Shown here piece after piece: positions 54,362-64,000 of a DNA stretch of 64,000 nt (position 1 is its first letter; every line of letters begins with the position of its first letter). A program made the translations under genes and the position numbers. The DNA lies in assembly GCA_905181955.1 (NCBI GenBank), contig CAJJAC010000008.1, positions 69-64,068 of the forward strand, read 5' to 3'. The stretch comes from SAR86 cluster bacterium SAR86B. Lineage in GTDB: Bacteria; Pseudomonadota; Gammaproteobacteria; Magnimaribacterales; D2472. The notes beneath the pieces were generated by a model. That model was given only the letters and a program-made list of their open reading frames with translations. It was not told the DNA's origin and did not search any database.

Positions 54362-55057
54362 TTAAGCTATCTCATCTATTATTTTATAATTATACCAATC
54401 TAAAATTTCTGCTGGCTTCGATACTTCTTGTTCCCAATTAACCTTTTCTTTATTAAACCATATAGCTTTCATGCCAATATTTAATGCACCAATGACATCA
54501 TTAACTTGATGGTCACCTATATGAATAACTTCATTAGAATTAAAACCGCTTAAATCTAAGGCTTTCTGAAAATGTTCTTTATCTGGTTTATTGCTTTGAA
54601 CATCCAAAGAGCTCACTGAAAATTTAAAATACTCACCAATATTTAATCTATAAATATCCGCATTCCCATTTGTTAAAACCCCTAATTCATATCGAGTAGA
54701 TAGATCTTTCAGCGCATCAATTACCCCATCATAAAAAATAACCTCATGTCTTTTATCTAAAAAATAATTAAAGGAATCTTCCACCAGCTCATTTAGTTCA
54801 GCTTCATCAGAGGCAATAGGAGCAAGCTTAAATCTAAATATTTCCCTTCTTAATTTTCCCAAATCCCAATATAAGGATGGGTCTTCTTTAGCGAGGTCTT
54901 TGCGTAATGCTAGAAAGGATTCCATGTCACCCCAATCAATAGCACCCACCTTTTCTTCTAACCATTTTCTTGTTGTTAATTCAGCATTAATGATTACAGG
55001 GCCTATGTCCCAAAATGTATCATCAAGATCAAATGTTATTAGTTTAATGTTACTCAT
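54362..55057 (-). CDS. HAD-IA hydrolase (YigB-like)
   Basis: FDLDDT, TNGN, KPD, HIGD...D; follows xerC. Confidence 0.9.
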   Translation of the reverse strand: MSNIKLITFDLDDTFWDIGPVIINAELTTRKWLEEKVGAIDWGDMESFLALRKDLAKEDPSLYWDLGKLRREIFRFKLAPIASDEAELNELVEDSFNYFLDKRHEVIFYDGVIDALKDLSTRYELGVLTNGNADIYRLNIGEYFKFSVSSLDVQSNKPDKEHFQKALDLSGFNSNEVIHIGDHQVNDVIGALNIGMKAIWFNKEKVNWEQEVSKPAEILDWYNYKIIDEIA

Positions 55058-55956
55058 TGTTTTCTTGCCTTAGGATGTGCCTCATCATAGATTTTTACCA
55101 GGTGTTGGTAGTCTAATTTTGTATATATTTGTGTAGTTGATAAAGAGCTGTGGCCCAGAAGCTCCTGAATAGTTCTCAGATCTCCACCAGATTCAAGTAT
55201 ATGTGTAGCAAAGCTATGCCTCAGCATATGCGGGTAAACAGGAGGTAAACCTTGCTTTAATGCCAATCTCTTCAATCTTAATTGAATACTTCTTGTAGTG
55301 ATCCTTCCGCCTTTTAAATTAATAAAAACAGCATCTGATTCAACTTCAATTTTCTCCCTCTCGAGCAGCCACTTAGCAATTGCTTCTTGAGCAAACCTAC
55401 CAACCGGAACTAATCTGGTTTTAGAACCTTTTCCAAAGACTCTTAAAAATTGCATATCTTCTTCAAAATCTTTTATATCAACACCAGCTGTCTCAGAAAC
55501 TCTAAGACCAGATGAATACATAAGCTCAACAATAGCCAGATCACGAATTTCTAGATTATTTGAAGGCTTAAAATTCATTAGCATTTCCACTTCTTCAGGA
55601 GATAGAACATTTGGAAGATGCTTGGCAGCCTTTGGTCCAGAAATTAAATCAAATGGTGATAGTTCTATGAGTTTATTTTTAAGTAAGAACTTAAAAAAGC
55701 CTTTAGCTGAAGACAGATGTCTTTGAATGCTTTTTGGATTATTGTTTGATGCAAAGAGATTACCTATCCAGCTTGTACATACCGATTCAGTCGCAGCAGA
55801 ATAAGACTTTATATTGAGGCTCTTTAAATAGATTAATAATTTTTTAAGGTCTCTTTCGTAAGATGAAACTGTATTTAAAGAGAGATTCCTTACTGAGCCT
55901 ATATAAAGCAAGTATGCTTCAAGATCTTTTTCTATAAAGTAACTAGATTTACCCAT
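55054..55956 (-). CDS. xerC: Tyrosine recombinase XerC
   Basis: [35 protein letters not shown]; dapF-DUF484-xerC-yigB synteny. Confidence 0.95.
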   Translation of the reverse strand: MGKSSYFIEKDLEAYLLYIGSVRNLSLNTVSSYERDLKKLLIYLKSLNIKSYSAATESVCTSWIGNLFASNNNPKSIQRHLSSAKGFFKFLLKNKLIELSPFDLISGPKAAKHLPNVLSPEEVEMLMNFKPSNNLEIRDLAIVELMYSSGLRVSETAGVDIKDFEEDMQFLRVFGKGSKTRLVPVGRFAQEAIAKWLLEREKIEVESDAVFINLKGGRITTRSIQLRLKRLALKQGLPPVYPHMLRHSFATHILESGGDLRTIQELLGHSSLSTTQIYTKLDYQHLVKIYDEAHPKARKQ

Positions 55957-56584
55957 TGGATGCTAAGGAAGATAGTCTTTTCTCAAGAACATCCCTGACA
56001 TACTCAATAAATGTAGTATCTTCATCACCAAGATACTTAGCTCTATTATGACTTCCAAGCTGGAGCAGACCAATCTTCTTTCCATGAACTAATACAGCTA
56101 TCACAGCTGACTGAACCAAAGTATTCTCGAACAATATAGATAATTTTTCTGAGGAGAAGCTACCACAATGAATTGAGCCTTTATGTAAAGATAGTTCAGT
56201 CTGCTCTTCAAGTTTAGATATATCAGAGTTATCAAAGAATCGTAACGAGCATTCATCAACTCCAAAATTCTTAGTAAATTCTTTTTCAATTTGTTGCGTA
56301 ATCTCTTCATCATTACTAGCTTCTAAAATAGATAAAGTTAAATTTTTTGATTTAATAAATAAATCTTCATTCACCTTAGCCTCATCAACAAATGATGTAA
56401 GTAGGTCTATAAGTGTATTTTGCTCTTCTCTAAGTCTTTTGATTTGCCTCTCAAGAAGCGATGACGCATTGCCAGAGTTGTGCTTAAAGTCTAGCTCACT
56501 CAGAATTGCTTCTCTTGAAACAAAGAAATCAGGATTATCTAATAAGAATATTTCAACATCTTTAGGGTCTATAGATTTACTCAT
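55949..56584 (-). CDS. DUF484 (YigA) family protein
   Basis: FL.DNPDFF, SLLERQI..LR; located between dapF and xerC. Confidence 0.88.
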   Translation of the reverse strand: MSKSIDPKDVEIFLLDNPDFFVSREAILSELDFKHNSGNASSLLERQIKRLREEQNTLIDLLTSFVDEAKVNEDLFIKSKNLTLSILEASNDEEITQQIEKEFTKNFGVDECSLRFFDNSDISKLEEQTELSLHKGSIHCGSFSSEKLSILFENTLVQSAVIAVLVHGKKIGLLQLGSHNRAKYLGDEDTTFIEYVRDVLEKRLSSLASNG

Positions 56585-57356
56585 TTATAACTCCATTAAA
56601 ACTAAATTCAGTAGGGCCTTGCATGATTAGTTTATCATTTGCTTTCAAGAAATTCAGGGTTCCACCATCTGAGCAAATATTTAATGCCTGCCCATCTTTA
56701 ATGCTTAAAAATGCTACAGATGCTGAAGCAGAGCCGCAAGATAAAGTTCTTCCAACTCCATTTTCATATGTTGAGATATTAATCTCAGACTCATTTTTTT
56801 TGTATATTGAAAGATTTATTTGATGAGGCTTGGCAATAGACTCTATTTTTGTATAAAGCTCATCTATATTAATATCAGAGAGATTATCTGTTTCAATACA
56901 CAGATGAAGGTTGCCAGTATTTACCAATGAAAACGGCATTTTGATAAGATCTTTTAAGGATGATTCAAGCTCAGAGCTTTCTTGGCGGTGAGGAATATCG
57001 ATAGTAGCAATAACCTCATTTTCACCCTTAGGCTCAACTAAAGTAACTCTATTTTTAGTTTTCAGAGTCATCTTGCTCAAAGGAGCAAAATTATTCATCC
57101 ATATATATCTACTCGCACATCTAATCCCATTGAGACACATCAGCGCTTCCCCGCCGTCAACATTATAAAATTGTATTAAAAAATCATGCTCATGACTTTC
57201 AGGAGGAGATACTAAAATTAGTTGATCAAAACTAACCCCATCAGCCCCGGAAGCAATACTTTGAATAAAATCTTTAGTCAAAAATACATTAGTATCAATT
57301 GAATTGATTATTACAAAGTTATTCCCATTTCCATGCATTTTTGAAAAGTTAATCAT
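56577..57356 (-). CDS. dapF: Diaminopimelate epimerase
   Basis: FSKMHG.GN.F, MCLNG.RC, GN.H, E.GVG.TLSCGS, GG.L. Confidence 0.92.
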   Translation of the reverse strand: MINFSKMHGNGNNFVIINSIDTNVFLTKDFIQSIASGADGVSFDQLILVSPPESHEHDFLIQFYNVDGGEALMCLNGIRCASRYIWMNNFAPLSKMTLKTKNRVTLVEPKGENEVIATIDIPHRQESSELESSLKDLIKMPFSLVNTGNLHLCIETDNLSDINIDELYTKIESIAKPHQINLSIYKKNESEINISTYENGVGRTLSCGSASASVAFLSIKDGQALNICSDGGTLNFLKANDKLIMQGPTEFSFNGVINE

Positions 57357-57384
57357 TAGATATTTTTCAAAACAATAAAGCTCA

Positions 57385-57489
57385 CTAGAGCAAGCCTATT
57401 CCTGCAATGAGATTGATTGGACCTTTAACACCACAGCTGTTCAAAACCAGCAGGGCAATAATAGGTAATAAGGATTTAAAGTTAGTCAT
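57385..57489 (-). CDS. lptM: Small lipoprotein LptM/LppL (YifL) family
   Basis: Hand translation MTNFKSLLPIIALLVLNS-CGVKGPINLIAGIGLL* has a lipobox and CGxKGP motif, directly upstream of dapF; not in the ORF track. Confidence 0.8.
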   Translation of the reverse strand: MTNFKSLLPIIALLVLNSCGVKGPINLIAGIGLL

Positions 57490-57519
57490 AGAGCTTATTA
57501 TGATTAATAAACTCTATGA
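57486..57519 (-). terminator. 15-bp stem-loop between ahcY and lptM
   Basis: TCATAGAGCTTATTA-TGAT-TAATAAACTCTATGA. The single mismatch becomes a U-G pair on the minus-strand RNA. Confidence 0.5.
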
Positions 57520-57534
57520 TTGTATATAGAACTT

Positions 57535-58929
57535 CTAATATTTGTATGTTTCTTCTTTAAAAGGACCTTCTAGGGGCACGTTAATATAGTCAGCTTGATC
57601 TTGAGTAAGTTTAGTAATAACTCCTCCAAAACCAGCGACCATTAAGGCAGCCACTTCTTCATCAAGCTTTTTAGGAAGCACTTCAACAGAAATCATTTCT
57701 GCCTTTGTATCTTCATCATTAATATTTGCAAAACCTTGCTTATATAAATGTATTTGCGCTAAAACTTGGTTAGCAAATGAACCGTCCATAATTCTACTTG
57801 GATGTCCTGTTGCATTTCCTAGATTTACCAATCGACCTTCAGCTAAAAGAATCAGATAGTTTTTACTAGTTTGATCAGGTGTTCCATCAGGTTTTGTATC
57901 TCTAAATATTCTATGAACTTGAGGTTTAATTTCATCCCAATAATAGTTATCTCTCATAAATGCAGTATCAATCTCATTATCAAAGTGACCAATATTACAA
58001 ACGACAGCTGTATTTTTTAATGTAGCTAACATTGCAGAGTCACAAACATTAACATTACCTGTTGTTGTAACAATTAAATCCGTGTTACCCATTACTTGCA
58101 TATTGATATCTGCTTCATTTCTTGAAACAGCACCATCTTTATAACAGGACACAACTGCAAAACCATCCATACAAGCCTGCATGGCACATATAGGGTCTGC
58201 TTCGACAACACTTACTATCATTCCTTCTTGAGCAAGACTGGCCGCTGATCCTTTCCCAACATCACCGTAACCAATAACTAGGCCTCTTTTGCCCATAAGT
58301 AGCATATCAGTTCCTCTTTTTAGAGCATCATTAAGACTATGTCTACAACCATATTTATTATCATTTTTTGCCTTGGTAACTGAGTCATTGACATTAATAG
58401 CAGGAATTTTTAACTCACCTTTTTCTAACATTTCTTTAAGTCTATGAACTCCAGTAGTAGTCTCTTCTGAAACACCATGAATAGTTTCCAGCATGTCAGG
58501 AAATCTTTCATGCACCATGGCTGTTAGATCACTACCATCATCTAGAATCATATTAGCATCCCAAGGCACGCCATCTTTGCAGATAGTTTGCTCAATACAC
58601 CACTCAAATTCTTCGTCTGTTTCGCCCTTCCAAGCAAAAGTTGGTATACCTCTGGCAGCCATAGCTGCAGCAGCATGATCTTGAGTAGAGAAAATATTAC
58701 ATGATGACCATCTGAGTTCTGCACCTAAATCTATCAATGTTTCCATTAGAACTGCAGTTTGAATTGTCATATGAATACAACCCATAATTTTTGCATTAGC
58801 TAAAGGTTGTTCAGCTCTGTACTTGTCTCTAAGAGCCATTAAGGCTGGCATTTCATTTTCAGCTAGAGATATCTCTTTTCTTCCAAATTCTGCTAGATTA
58901 ATATCAGCTACTTTATAGTCGTTTTCCAT
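57535..58929 (-). CDS. ahcY: S-adenosylhomocysteine hydrolase
   Basis: [47 protein letters not shown]. Confidence 0.98.
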   Translation of the reverse strand: MENDYKVADINLAEFGRKEISLAENEMPALMALRDKYRAEQPLANAKIMGCIHMTIQTAVLMETLIDLGAELRWSSCNIFSTQDHAAAAMAARGIPTFAWKGETDEEFEWCIEQTICKDGVPWDANMILDDGSDLTAMVHERFPDMLETIHGVSEETTTGVHRLKEMLEKGELKIPAINVNDSVTKAKNDNKYGCRHSLNDALKRGTDMLLMGKRGLVIGYGDVGKGSAASLAQEGMIVSVVEADPICAMQACMDGFAVVSCYKDGAVSRNEADINMQVMGNTDLIVTTTGNVNVCDSAMLATLKNTAVVCNIGHFDNEIDTAFMRDNYYWDEIKPQVHRIFRDTKPDGTPDQTSKNYLILLAEGRLVNLGNATGHPSRIMDGSFANQVLAQIHLYKQGFANINDEDTKAEMISVEVLPKKLDEEVAALMVAGFGGVITKLTQDQADYINVPLEGPFKEETYKY

Positions 58930-58950
58930 TTTATTTCCTTAATTAAATTT

Positions 58951-60105
58951 TTATTGTGATATGTCTGAAGCTCTATCAGTTTTTTCCCAAGAAAGATCAA
59001 TGTCAGATCTTCCAAAGTGACCATAAGCTGCAGTTTGCAAGTATATAGGTCTTTTTAGATCAAGCATATTAATAAGACTTTTGGGTCTTAGATCAAATTC
59101 TTCTTCAACTATCTTTACAATAGTTTCTTTTGATACTTTTTCACTATTAAAAGTTTCAATGTGAATAGATGTAGGTTCCGCAACTCCAATAGCATATGAA
59201 ACTTGGATTTCACAATAATCAGCAAGTCCAGCAGCAACAATATTTTTTGCTACATACCTAGACGCATAAGCTGCTGATCTATCTACTTTTGATGGGTCCT
59301 TGCCTGAAAATGCTCCGCCACCATGTCTTGCCATACCGCCATAAGTATCTACAATTATTTTTCTTCCAGTAAGCCCGCAATCGCCAACTGGGCCACCAAT
59401 AACAAATTTTCCTGTTGGGTTAATGTAAATGTTTGTAGAGTCTAGTATCCATTCATCAGGGACAACGGGTTTGATAATTTTATCCATCACCTCAGCCTTT
59501 ATTTCTTCTTGCGATACATTCTCATCATGCTGAGTTGAAAGCACAATCGCAGATAAGCCTTCAATAGTTTTTCCATCATCAGAGTAAATAACACTCACCT
59601 GACTTTTTGCATCAGGTCTTAGCCATTTAATTTCTCCACTTTTCATAACATCAGCTTGCTTTTTAACTAGTCTGTGGGAAAGATCTATTGGAAGAGGCAT
59701 TAGTGAGTCAGTCTCTCTGCATGCATATCCAAACATAAGACCCTGATCGCCGGCTCCCTGTTCTAGATTTTCACCTTCACCCTCAGTAACACCTTGAGAG
59801 ATATCTGGAGATTGCTCAAAAACAAGATTAGTAAACTCACACGTATCGCCGTTAAAGCCGTATTCGTCTGTGTTGTAGCCTATGTCATTAATTGTTTTTC
59901 TAACAACAGGCTCAAGGTCTGGGCTACCTAAAGAGGTAATTTCTCCAGCGATGAAGACCATATTGTTTTTAATCATGGTTTCGCAAGCAACCCTACTATT
60001 AGGATCTTCAGCTAGGTATGCATCAAGAACGGCATCAGATATTTGATCGCAAACTTTGTCAGGATGTCCACCAGATACTGATTCGGATGTGAATATGTAA
60101 CTCAT
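58951..60105 (-). CDS. metK: S-adenosylmethionine synthetase
   Basis: [26 protein letters not shown]. Confidence 0.99.
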   Translation of the reverse strand: MSYIFTSESVSGGHPDKVCDQISDAVLDAYLAEDPNSRVACETMIKNNMVFIAGEITSLGSPDLEPVVRKTINDIGYNTDEYGFNGDTCEFTNLVFEQSPDISQGVTEGEGENLEQGAGDQGLMFGYACRETDSLMPLPIDLSHRLVKKQADVMKSGEIKWLRPDAKSQVSVIYSDDGKTIEGLSAIVLSTQHDENVSQEEIKAEVMDKIIKPVVPDEWILDSTNIYINPTGKFVIGGPVGDCGLTGRKIIVDTYGGMARHGGGAFSGKDPSKVDRSAAYASRYVAKNIVAAGLADYCEIQVSYAIGVAEPTSIHIETFNSEKVSKETIVKIVEEEFDLRPKSLINMLDLKRPIYLQTAAYGHFGRSDIDLSWEKTDRASDISQ

Positions 60106-60146
60106 CTATTTCTCCAAAAAAAATTTATAAATTGTGTGAAATAAAG

Positions 60147-60193
60147 AATTTTTTTAGCAGCTAATGTGTGCAAAAAATTAAAAAATCACAGAT
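60147..60193 (-). ncRNA. Putative SAM-II-like riboswitch aptamer
   Basis: Minus strand AUCUGUGAUUUUUUAAUUUUUUGCACACAUUAGCUGCUAAAAAAAUU has GAUUU and GCUAAA motifs with H-type pseudoknot pairing, upstream of metK-ahcY. Confidence 0.55.
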
Positions 60194-60281
60194 GGAGTAT
60201 TTTATATTAAAAAGTCTAGATTTAGCTATGATTTTTTGTCTTAAAATATTACTATTCATAAAACCCTTACGGAAATAAAAA

Positions 60282-62270
60282 TTGCAGCAATCTGAATCAA
60301 TTAACGCATTAAGATTTTTATCAATAGACGCTGTTCAAAAAGCTAACTCTGGTCATCCAGGAATGCCCATGGGTATGGCTGAGATTGCAACAGCTTTGTG
60401 GGGTAATCATCTCAATCATAATCCATCAAATCCACATTGGTTCAATAGAGATAGATTCGTTTTATCAAATGGCCATGGCTCTATGCTTCTTTATAGCCTT
60501 CTTCATCTAACAGGTTACAAAATTTCAATAGAAGACCTGAAAAAATTCAGGCAACTTAAGTCCAAGACGCCTGGACATCCAGAATATGATTTAGATTATG
60601 GTATAGAGACTACTACAGGACCACTAGGGCAAGGCATAGCAAATGCAGTAGGAATGGCTATTTCAGAAAAAATGCTTGCAGGTGAGTTTAATACAACTGA
60701 ACTCAGTCCAGTAGATCATTTCACCTATACCTTTTTAGGAGATGGCTGCCTAATGGAAGGTATATCTCATGAAGCATGTTCATTTGCAGGAACGCACGAA
60801 CTTGGAAAATTAATTTGTTTTTATGACCAGAACGGAATTTCTATTGATGGAGAAATTGAAAATTGGTTTACAGATGACACAGTAAAAAGATTTGATAGTT
60901 ATGGCTGGCAAACTATTTGTGTAGATGGCCATAATGTTGATGCTATTAATGAAGCAATTCAAACAGCTAAAGAAGAAACAAAAATGCCTTCTATGATTTT
61001 TTGTAGAACAACTATTGGGTTTGGATCACCTAATAAATCAGGGACAAGTGGCGTTCATGGATCTCCGCTTGGCGATGAAGAGATTGCAAAAACAAGAGCA
61101 GCTCTAGGATGGCAGCATGAGCCATTTGAGGTTCCAGAATCAGTATATGAATTTTGGGATGCCAAATCTCAGGGCGAAGCTAGTAATAATGACTGGAACC
61201 AGGTCATGCAATCGTTAAATGAAACAGATCCAGATAAATATAAAGAGTTATCTAGAAGAATCTCTGGAGAAATGCCTGAGAATTTTACAGAAAAGTATGA
61301 AGACTTTGTTAAACATTGCAATGATGAAAATACGTCAATGGCAACCCGAAAAGCCTCCCAGGTTTGCTTAGATTTTTTTGTTAAAGAAATGCCAGAATTA
61401 GTTGGTGGCTCTGCCGACTTAACCCCCTCCAATAATACTTTTTCGAAATCTAGTTCTACTTTTTCTAATGAAAACCCTACAGGGAATCATATTAATTATG
61501 GAGTAAGAGAATTTGGAATGTCAGCAATTATGAATGGCATGGTCCTTCATGGGGGTATTAAGCCTTATGGAGCAACCTTCCTTGTATTTACTGACTATGC
61601 AAGAAATGCAGTCAGGTTATCAGCACTCATGGGACTGCCTAATATATTTGTATATACCCATGACTCTGTAGCGCTTGGTGAAGATGGCCCAACCCATCAA
61701 CCTATTGAACACTTGGTTACTTTAAGATCAACGCCTAATTTAAACAATTGGAGGCCAGCTGATCTAGTTGAGACAGCAATTGCATGGAAAGATGCAGTTA
61801 GCTCAAAGGACTCTCCAACATGTTTAATTTTTAGTAGACAAAACACCTCTCCCATAACAAGAAACAATGTAATGATTGAAGCTATTAAGAATGGCGGATA
61901 TCTTCTTCAAGAAAATGCTGATGCACATATAACCCTGATTGCCTCCGGAAGTGAATTACAGATGATGCTGGATGCTTCTAATGTTTTAAAGGAATCTGGG
62001 ATCATCGCTAATGTTGTTTCTATGCCTTGTTTAGATATCTTCTTAGATACCTCTAAAGAGTATCAAGCTTCAGTCATAAAAGATGATCTGCCAATATTAG
62101 TTGCTGAGTTAGCTCATCCAAATTCTTGGTTCAGGCTTTTAAATAAAAAAGATAAGGTCCTAGGAATAGAAACTTTTGGAGAGTCTGCACCCGCAGATGT
62201 CTTGCTTGATCATTTTGGTTTTAATGTGCCAAATGTGGTTGATATGGCCAAATCATTAGTGAATGAATAA
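60282..62270 (+). CDS. tkt: Transketolase
   Basis: SGHPG, DRFVLSNGH, TTGPLGQG, GDGCLMEG, THDS..GEDGPTHQP; TTG start. Confidence 0.98.
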   Translation: MQQSESINALRFLSIDAVQKANSGHPGMPMGMAEIATALWGNHLNHNPSNPHWFNRDRFVLSNGHGSMLLYSLLHLTGYKISIEDLKKFRQLKSKTPGHPEYDLDYGIETTTGPLGQGIANAVGMAISEKMLAGEFNTTELSPVDHFTYTFLGDGCLMEGISHEACSFAGTHELGKLICFYDQNGISIDGEIENWFTDDTVKRFDSYGWQTICVDGHNVDAINEAIQTAKEETKMPSMIFCRTTIGFGSPNKSGTSGVHGSPLGDEEIAKTRAALGWQHEPFEVPESVYEFWDAKSQGEASNNDWNQVMQSLNETDPDKYKELSRRISGEMPENFTEKYEDFVKHCNDENTSMATRKASQVCLDFFVKEMPELVGGSADLTPSNNTFSKSSSTFSNENPTGNHINYGVREFGMSAIMNGMVLHGGIKPYGATFLVFTDYARNAVRLSALMGLPNIFVYTHDSVALGEDGPTHQPIEHLVTLRSTPNLNNWRPADLVETAIAWKDAVSSKDSPTCLIFSRQNTSPITRNNVMIEAIKNGGYLLQENADAHITLIASGSELQMMLDASNVLKESGIIANVVSMPCLDIFLDTSKEYQASVIKDDLPILVAELAHPNSWFRLLNKKDKVLGIETFGESAPADVLLDHFGFNVPNVVDMAKSLVNE

Positions 62271-63408
62271 TCTATCTGAATTAACTTTAGAAAATAAAAA
62301 ACTTATTATTAGGGTTGATATGAATGTACCAATACATAATGGTGCTGTATACGATCAGACAAGAATATTGGCCTCCATTCCAACCATTAAATACTGTTTA
62401 GGCAAGGGAGCAAAAATTTTACTGGTATCACATTTAGGACGACCTATAGAAGGAGAACCAGATAGTATATTTTCCTTAAAACCCATTGCAGAATGCCTGA
62501 TAAAAATTTTAGGCGAAGAGGTGGATTTAGTCTCAGAGCTGAATGACACTTCAATATTTAACTCTTCATCAAGAGTTCAAGTATTAGAAAATATTAGATT
62601 TTTTGAAGGAGAAAAAGCTAACAGTAACATTCTGGGAAAATTACTTGCTGACTGTTGTGATATTTATGTTTTTGATGCTTTTGGGACTTCACACAGAGAA
62701 CAAGCCTCTACTCACTCAGCAATAGTTCAGTCAAATCAAGCTTGTGCAGGTTTATTATTAGTCAAAGAGATTACCGCACTAACCAAAGTTCTTAATGAAT
62801 ATGAGAATCCATATACAGCAGTTATTGGTGGGTCTAAGGTATCCACAAAATTAGAGTTAATAAAAAATATTAATACAAAAGCTGACTTTGTTATAGTCGG
62901 CGGCGGTATTGCCAATACTTTTATTAAGGCTGCTGGTCACGAAGTAGGAATATCTTTGTATGAAGAGTCAATGCTGGATATAGCCAAAGATCTTTTAGAT
63001 GGAGGCAAAATTATTTTGCCAGATACAGTAATTACTTCTTTAACATTTGAAGGAGAGGAAGTTAGCGAAAAGAATATTAGCGACGTAAATAGTAATGAAA
63101 TGATCTTAGATCAACTACTAACAACCAAAATGATTGAAGCAATAAATGCCTCTAAAACTATTTTATGGAATGGCCCATTAGGTGTGTTTGAAAATCAATT
63201 ATTTGAAATTGGCACTCGTGATCTTGCACAAGCTATAGCTGCCTCTAGTGCGTTTTCAATAGCTGGAGGCGGAGAAACAATCTCGGCTGTTAATAAATTT
63301 ATTAAAGCAGATGATGTATCATATTGTTCAACTGGTGGAGGAGCTTTTTTAGAGTTTATGGAAGGAAAAGATTTACCATCGATACAAGCTTTAAAATCAA
63401 AGAGTTAA
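62263..63408 (+). CDS. pgk: Phosphoglycerate kinase
   Basis: RVDMNVP, SHLGRP, DAFGTSHR, WNGPLGVFE, STGGGAFLE. Confidence 0.98.
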   Translation: MNNLSELTLENKKLIIRVDMNVPIHNGAVYDQTRILASIPTIKYCLGKGAKILLVSHLGRPIEGEPDSIFSLKPIAECLIKILGEEVDLVSELNDTSIFNSSSRVQVLENIRFFEGEKANSNILGKLLADCCDIYVFDAFGTSHREQASTHSAIVQSNQACAGLLLVKEITALTKVLNEYENPYTAVIGGSKVSTKLELIKNINTKADFVIVGGGIANTFIKAAGHEVGISLYEESMLDIAKDLLDGGKIILPDTVITSLTFEGEEVSEKNISDVNSNEMILDQLLTTKMIEAINASKTILWNGPLGVFENQLFEIGTRDLAQAIAASSAFSIAGGGETISAVNKFIKADDVSYCSTGGGAFLEFMEGKDLPSIQALKSKS

Positions 63409-63423
63409 AAAGGAGATAAGCAT

Positions 63424-64000
63424 ATGTCATTAAATAGTTTAGAAGAAATAGCGACTTATATAGTTTCAGAAGGTAAAGGAATCCTTGCTGCAGATGAAAG
63501 CAATCCAACTTGTGGAAAGAGATTTGATTCAATAGGCGTAGAGTCAACAGAAGCTAATAGAAGAGATTATCGTGAGATGTTATTTAGAGCATCAGGGATG
63601 CAAGATAATATTGGTGGTGTTATTTTATTTGATGAGACAATCAGACAAAGCTCAAAAGATGGCACTTCTTTGGTTGATATTATTAAAGACCAAGGCGCCC
63701 TACCTGGAATTAAAGTTGATAAAGGTCTTCAGCCTCTTAATGAGTCCTCAGAAGAAGTAGTGACTCAGGGTTTAGAGGGTCTTAATGAAAGATGTAAAGA
63801 GTATGTTGCTCTTGGAGCAAGGTTTACTAAATGGAGAGCAGTTATAAGAATAGGAGAAGGGATGCCTTCTGATGAATGTATAGATGCAAACATGAAAGCA
63901 CTAGCAGACTATGCAAAAGTCGTTCAGGACAATGGCATGGTTCCTATGGTTGAGCCTGAAGTTTTAATGGAAGGAAGTCATTCTATTGAAGATTGTTTTA
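63424..64000 (+). CDS. Fructose-bisphosphate aldolase class I, partial (runs off the window end)
   Basis: Hand translation MSLNSLEEIATYIVSEGKGILAADES...GVILFDET...GIKVDKG...KWRAV...VPMVEPEV; AGGAG SD upstream; not in the ORF track. Confidence 0.95.
   Translation, partial: MSLNSLEEIATYIVSEGKGILAADESNPTCGKRFDSIGVESTEANRRDYREMLFRASGMQDNIGGVILFDETIRQSSKDGTSLVDIIKDQGALPGIKVDKGLQPLNESSEEVVTQGLEGLNERCKEYVALGARFTKWRAVIRIGEGMPSDECIDANMKALADYAKVVQDNGMVPMVEPEVLMEGSHSIEDCF

Noticed and set aside
55054-55956. Tyrosine recombinase as a phage or island integrase
   Set aside because: The dapF-DUF484-xerC-yigB context identifies housekeeping XerC, and no mobile cargo or att sites are nearby

Overview
This is the origin-proximal core of a compact, low-GC (about 35% by eye) gammaproteobacterial chromosome. 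Gene content and compaction suggest a streamlined marine lineage such as SAR86, which is an inference. Gene order largely follows Pseudomonadales: glmS-glmU-atp operon-parB-parA-rsmG-mnmG-[oriC]-mnmE-yidC-rnpA-rpmH / dnaA-dnaN-recF-gyrB, then plsC, GlyRS, lpxL, trkHA, fmt-def, purE-tsaC-hemF-aroE, an aa3-type cytochrome c oxidase cluster, gshA, pckA, dsbB, polA, engB, cc4-dsbA, the xerC/dapF cluster, ahcY-metK and tkt-pgk-fba. I found no CRISPR array, rRNA, tRNA or intact mobile element. Most notable: (1) a periplasmic protein joining a cytochrome c5-type N-terminal leader to a pseudoazurin copper domain instead of a heme domain, a possible Cu-for-Fe swap; (2) a strong local strand asymmetry of apparently inverted polarity that flips at the mnmG-mnmE origin; (3) in-situ replacements or shrinkage (alpha2 GlyRS at the glyQS locus, insert-less GyrB, class I aldolase); (4) an AU-rich SAM-II-like riboswitch before metK; (5) an abrupt jump to about 51% GC downstream of glmS, carrying a sulfotransferase. 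Four coding regions missing from the ORF track were read by hand: rpmH, lptM, partial fba and the partial sulfotransferase.
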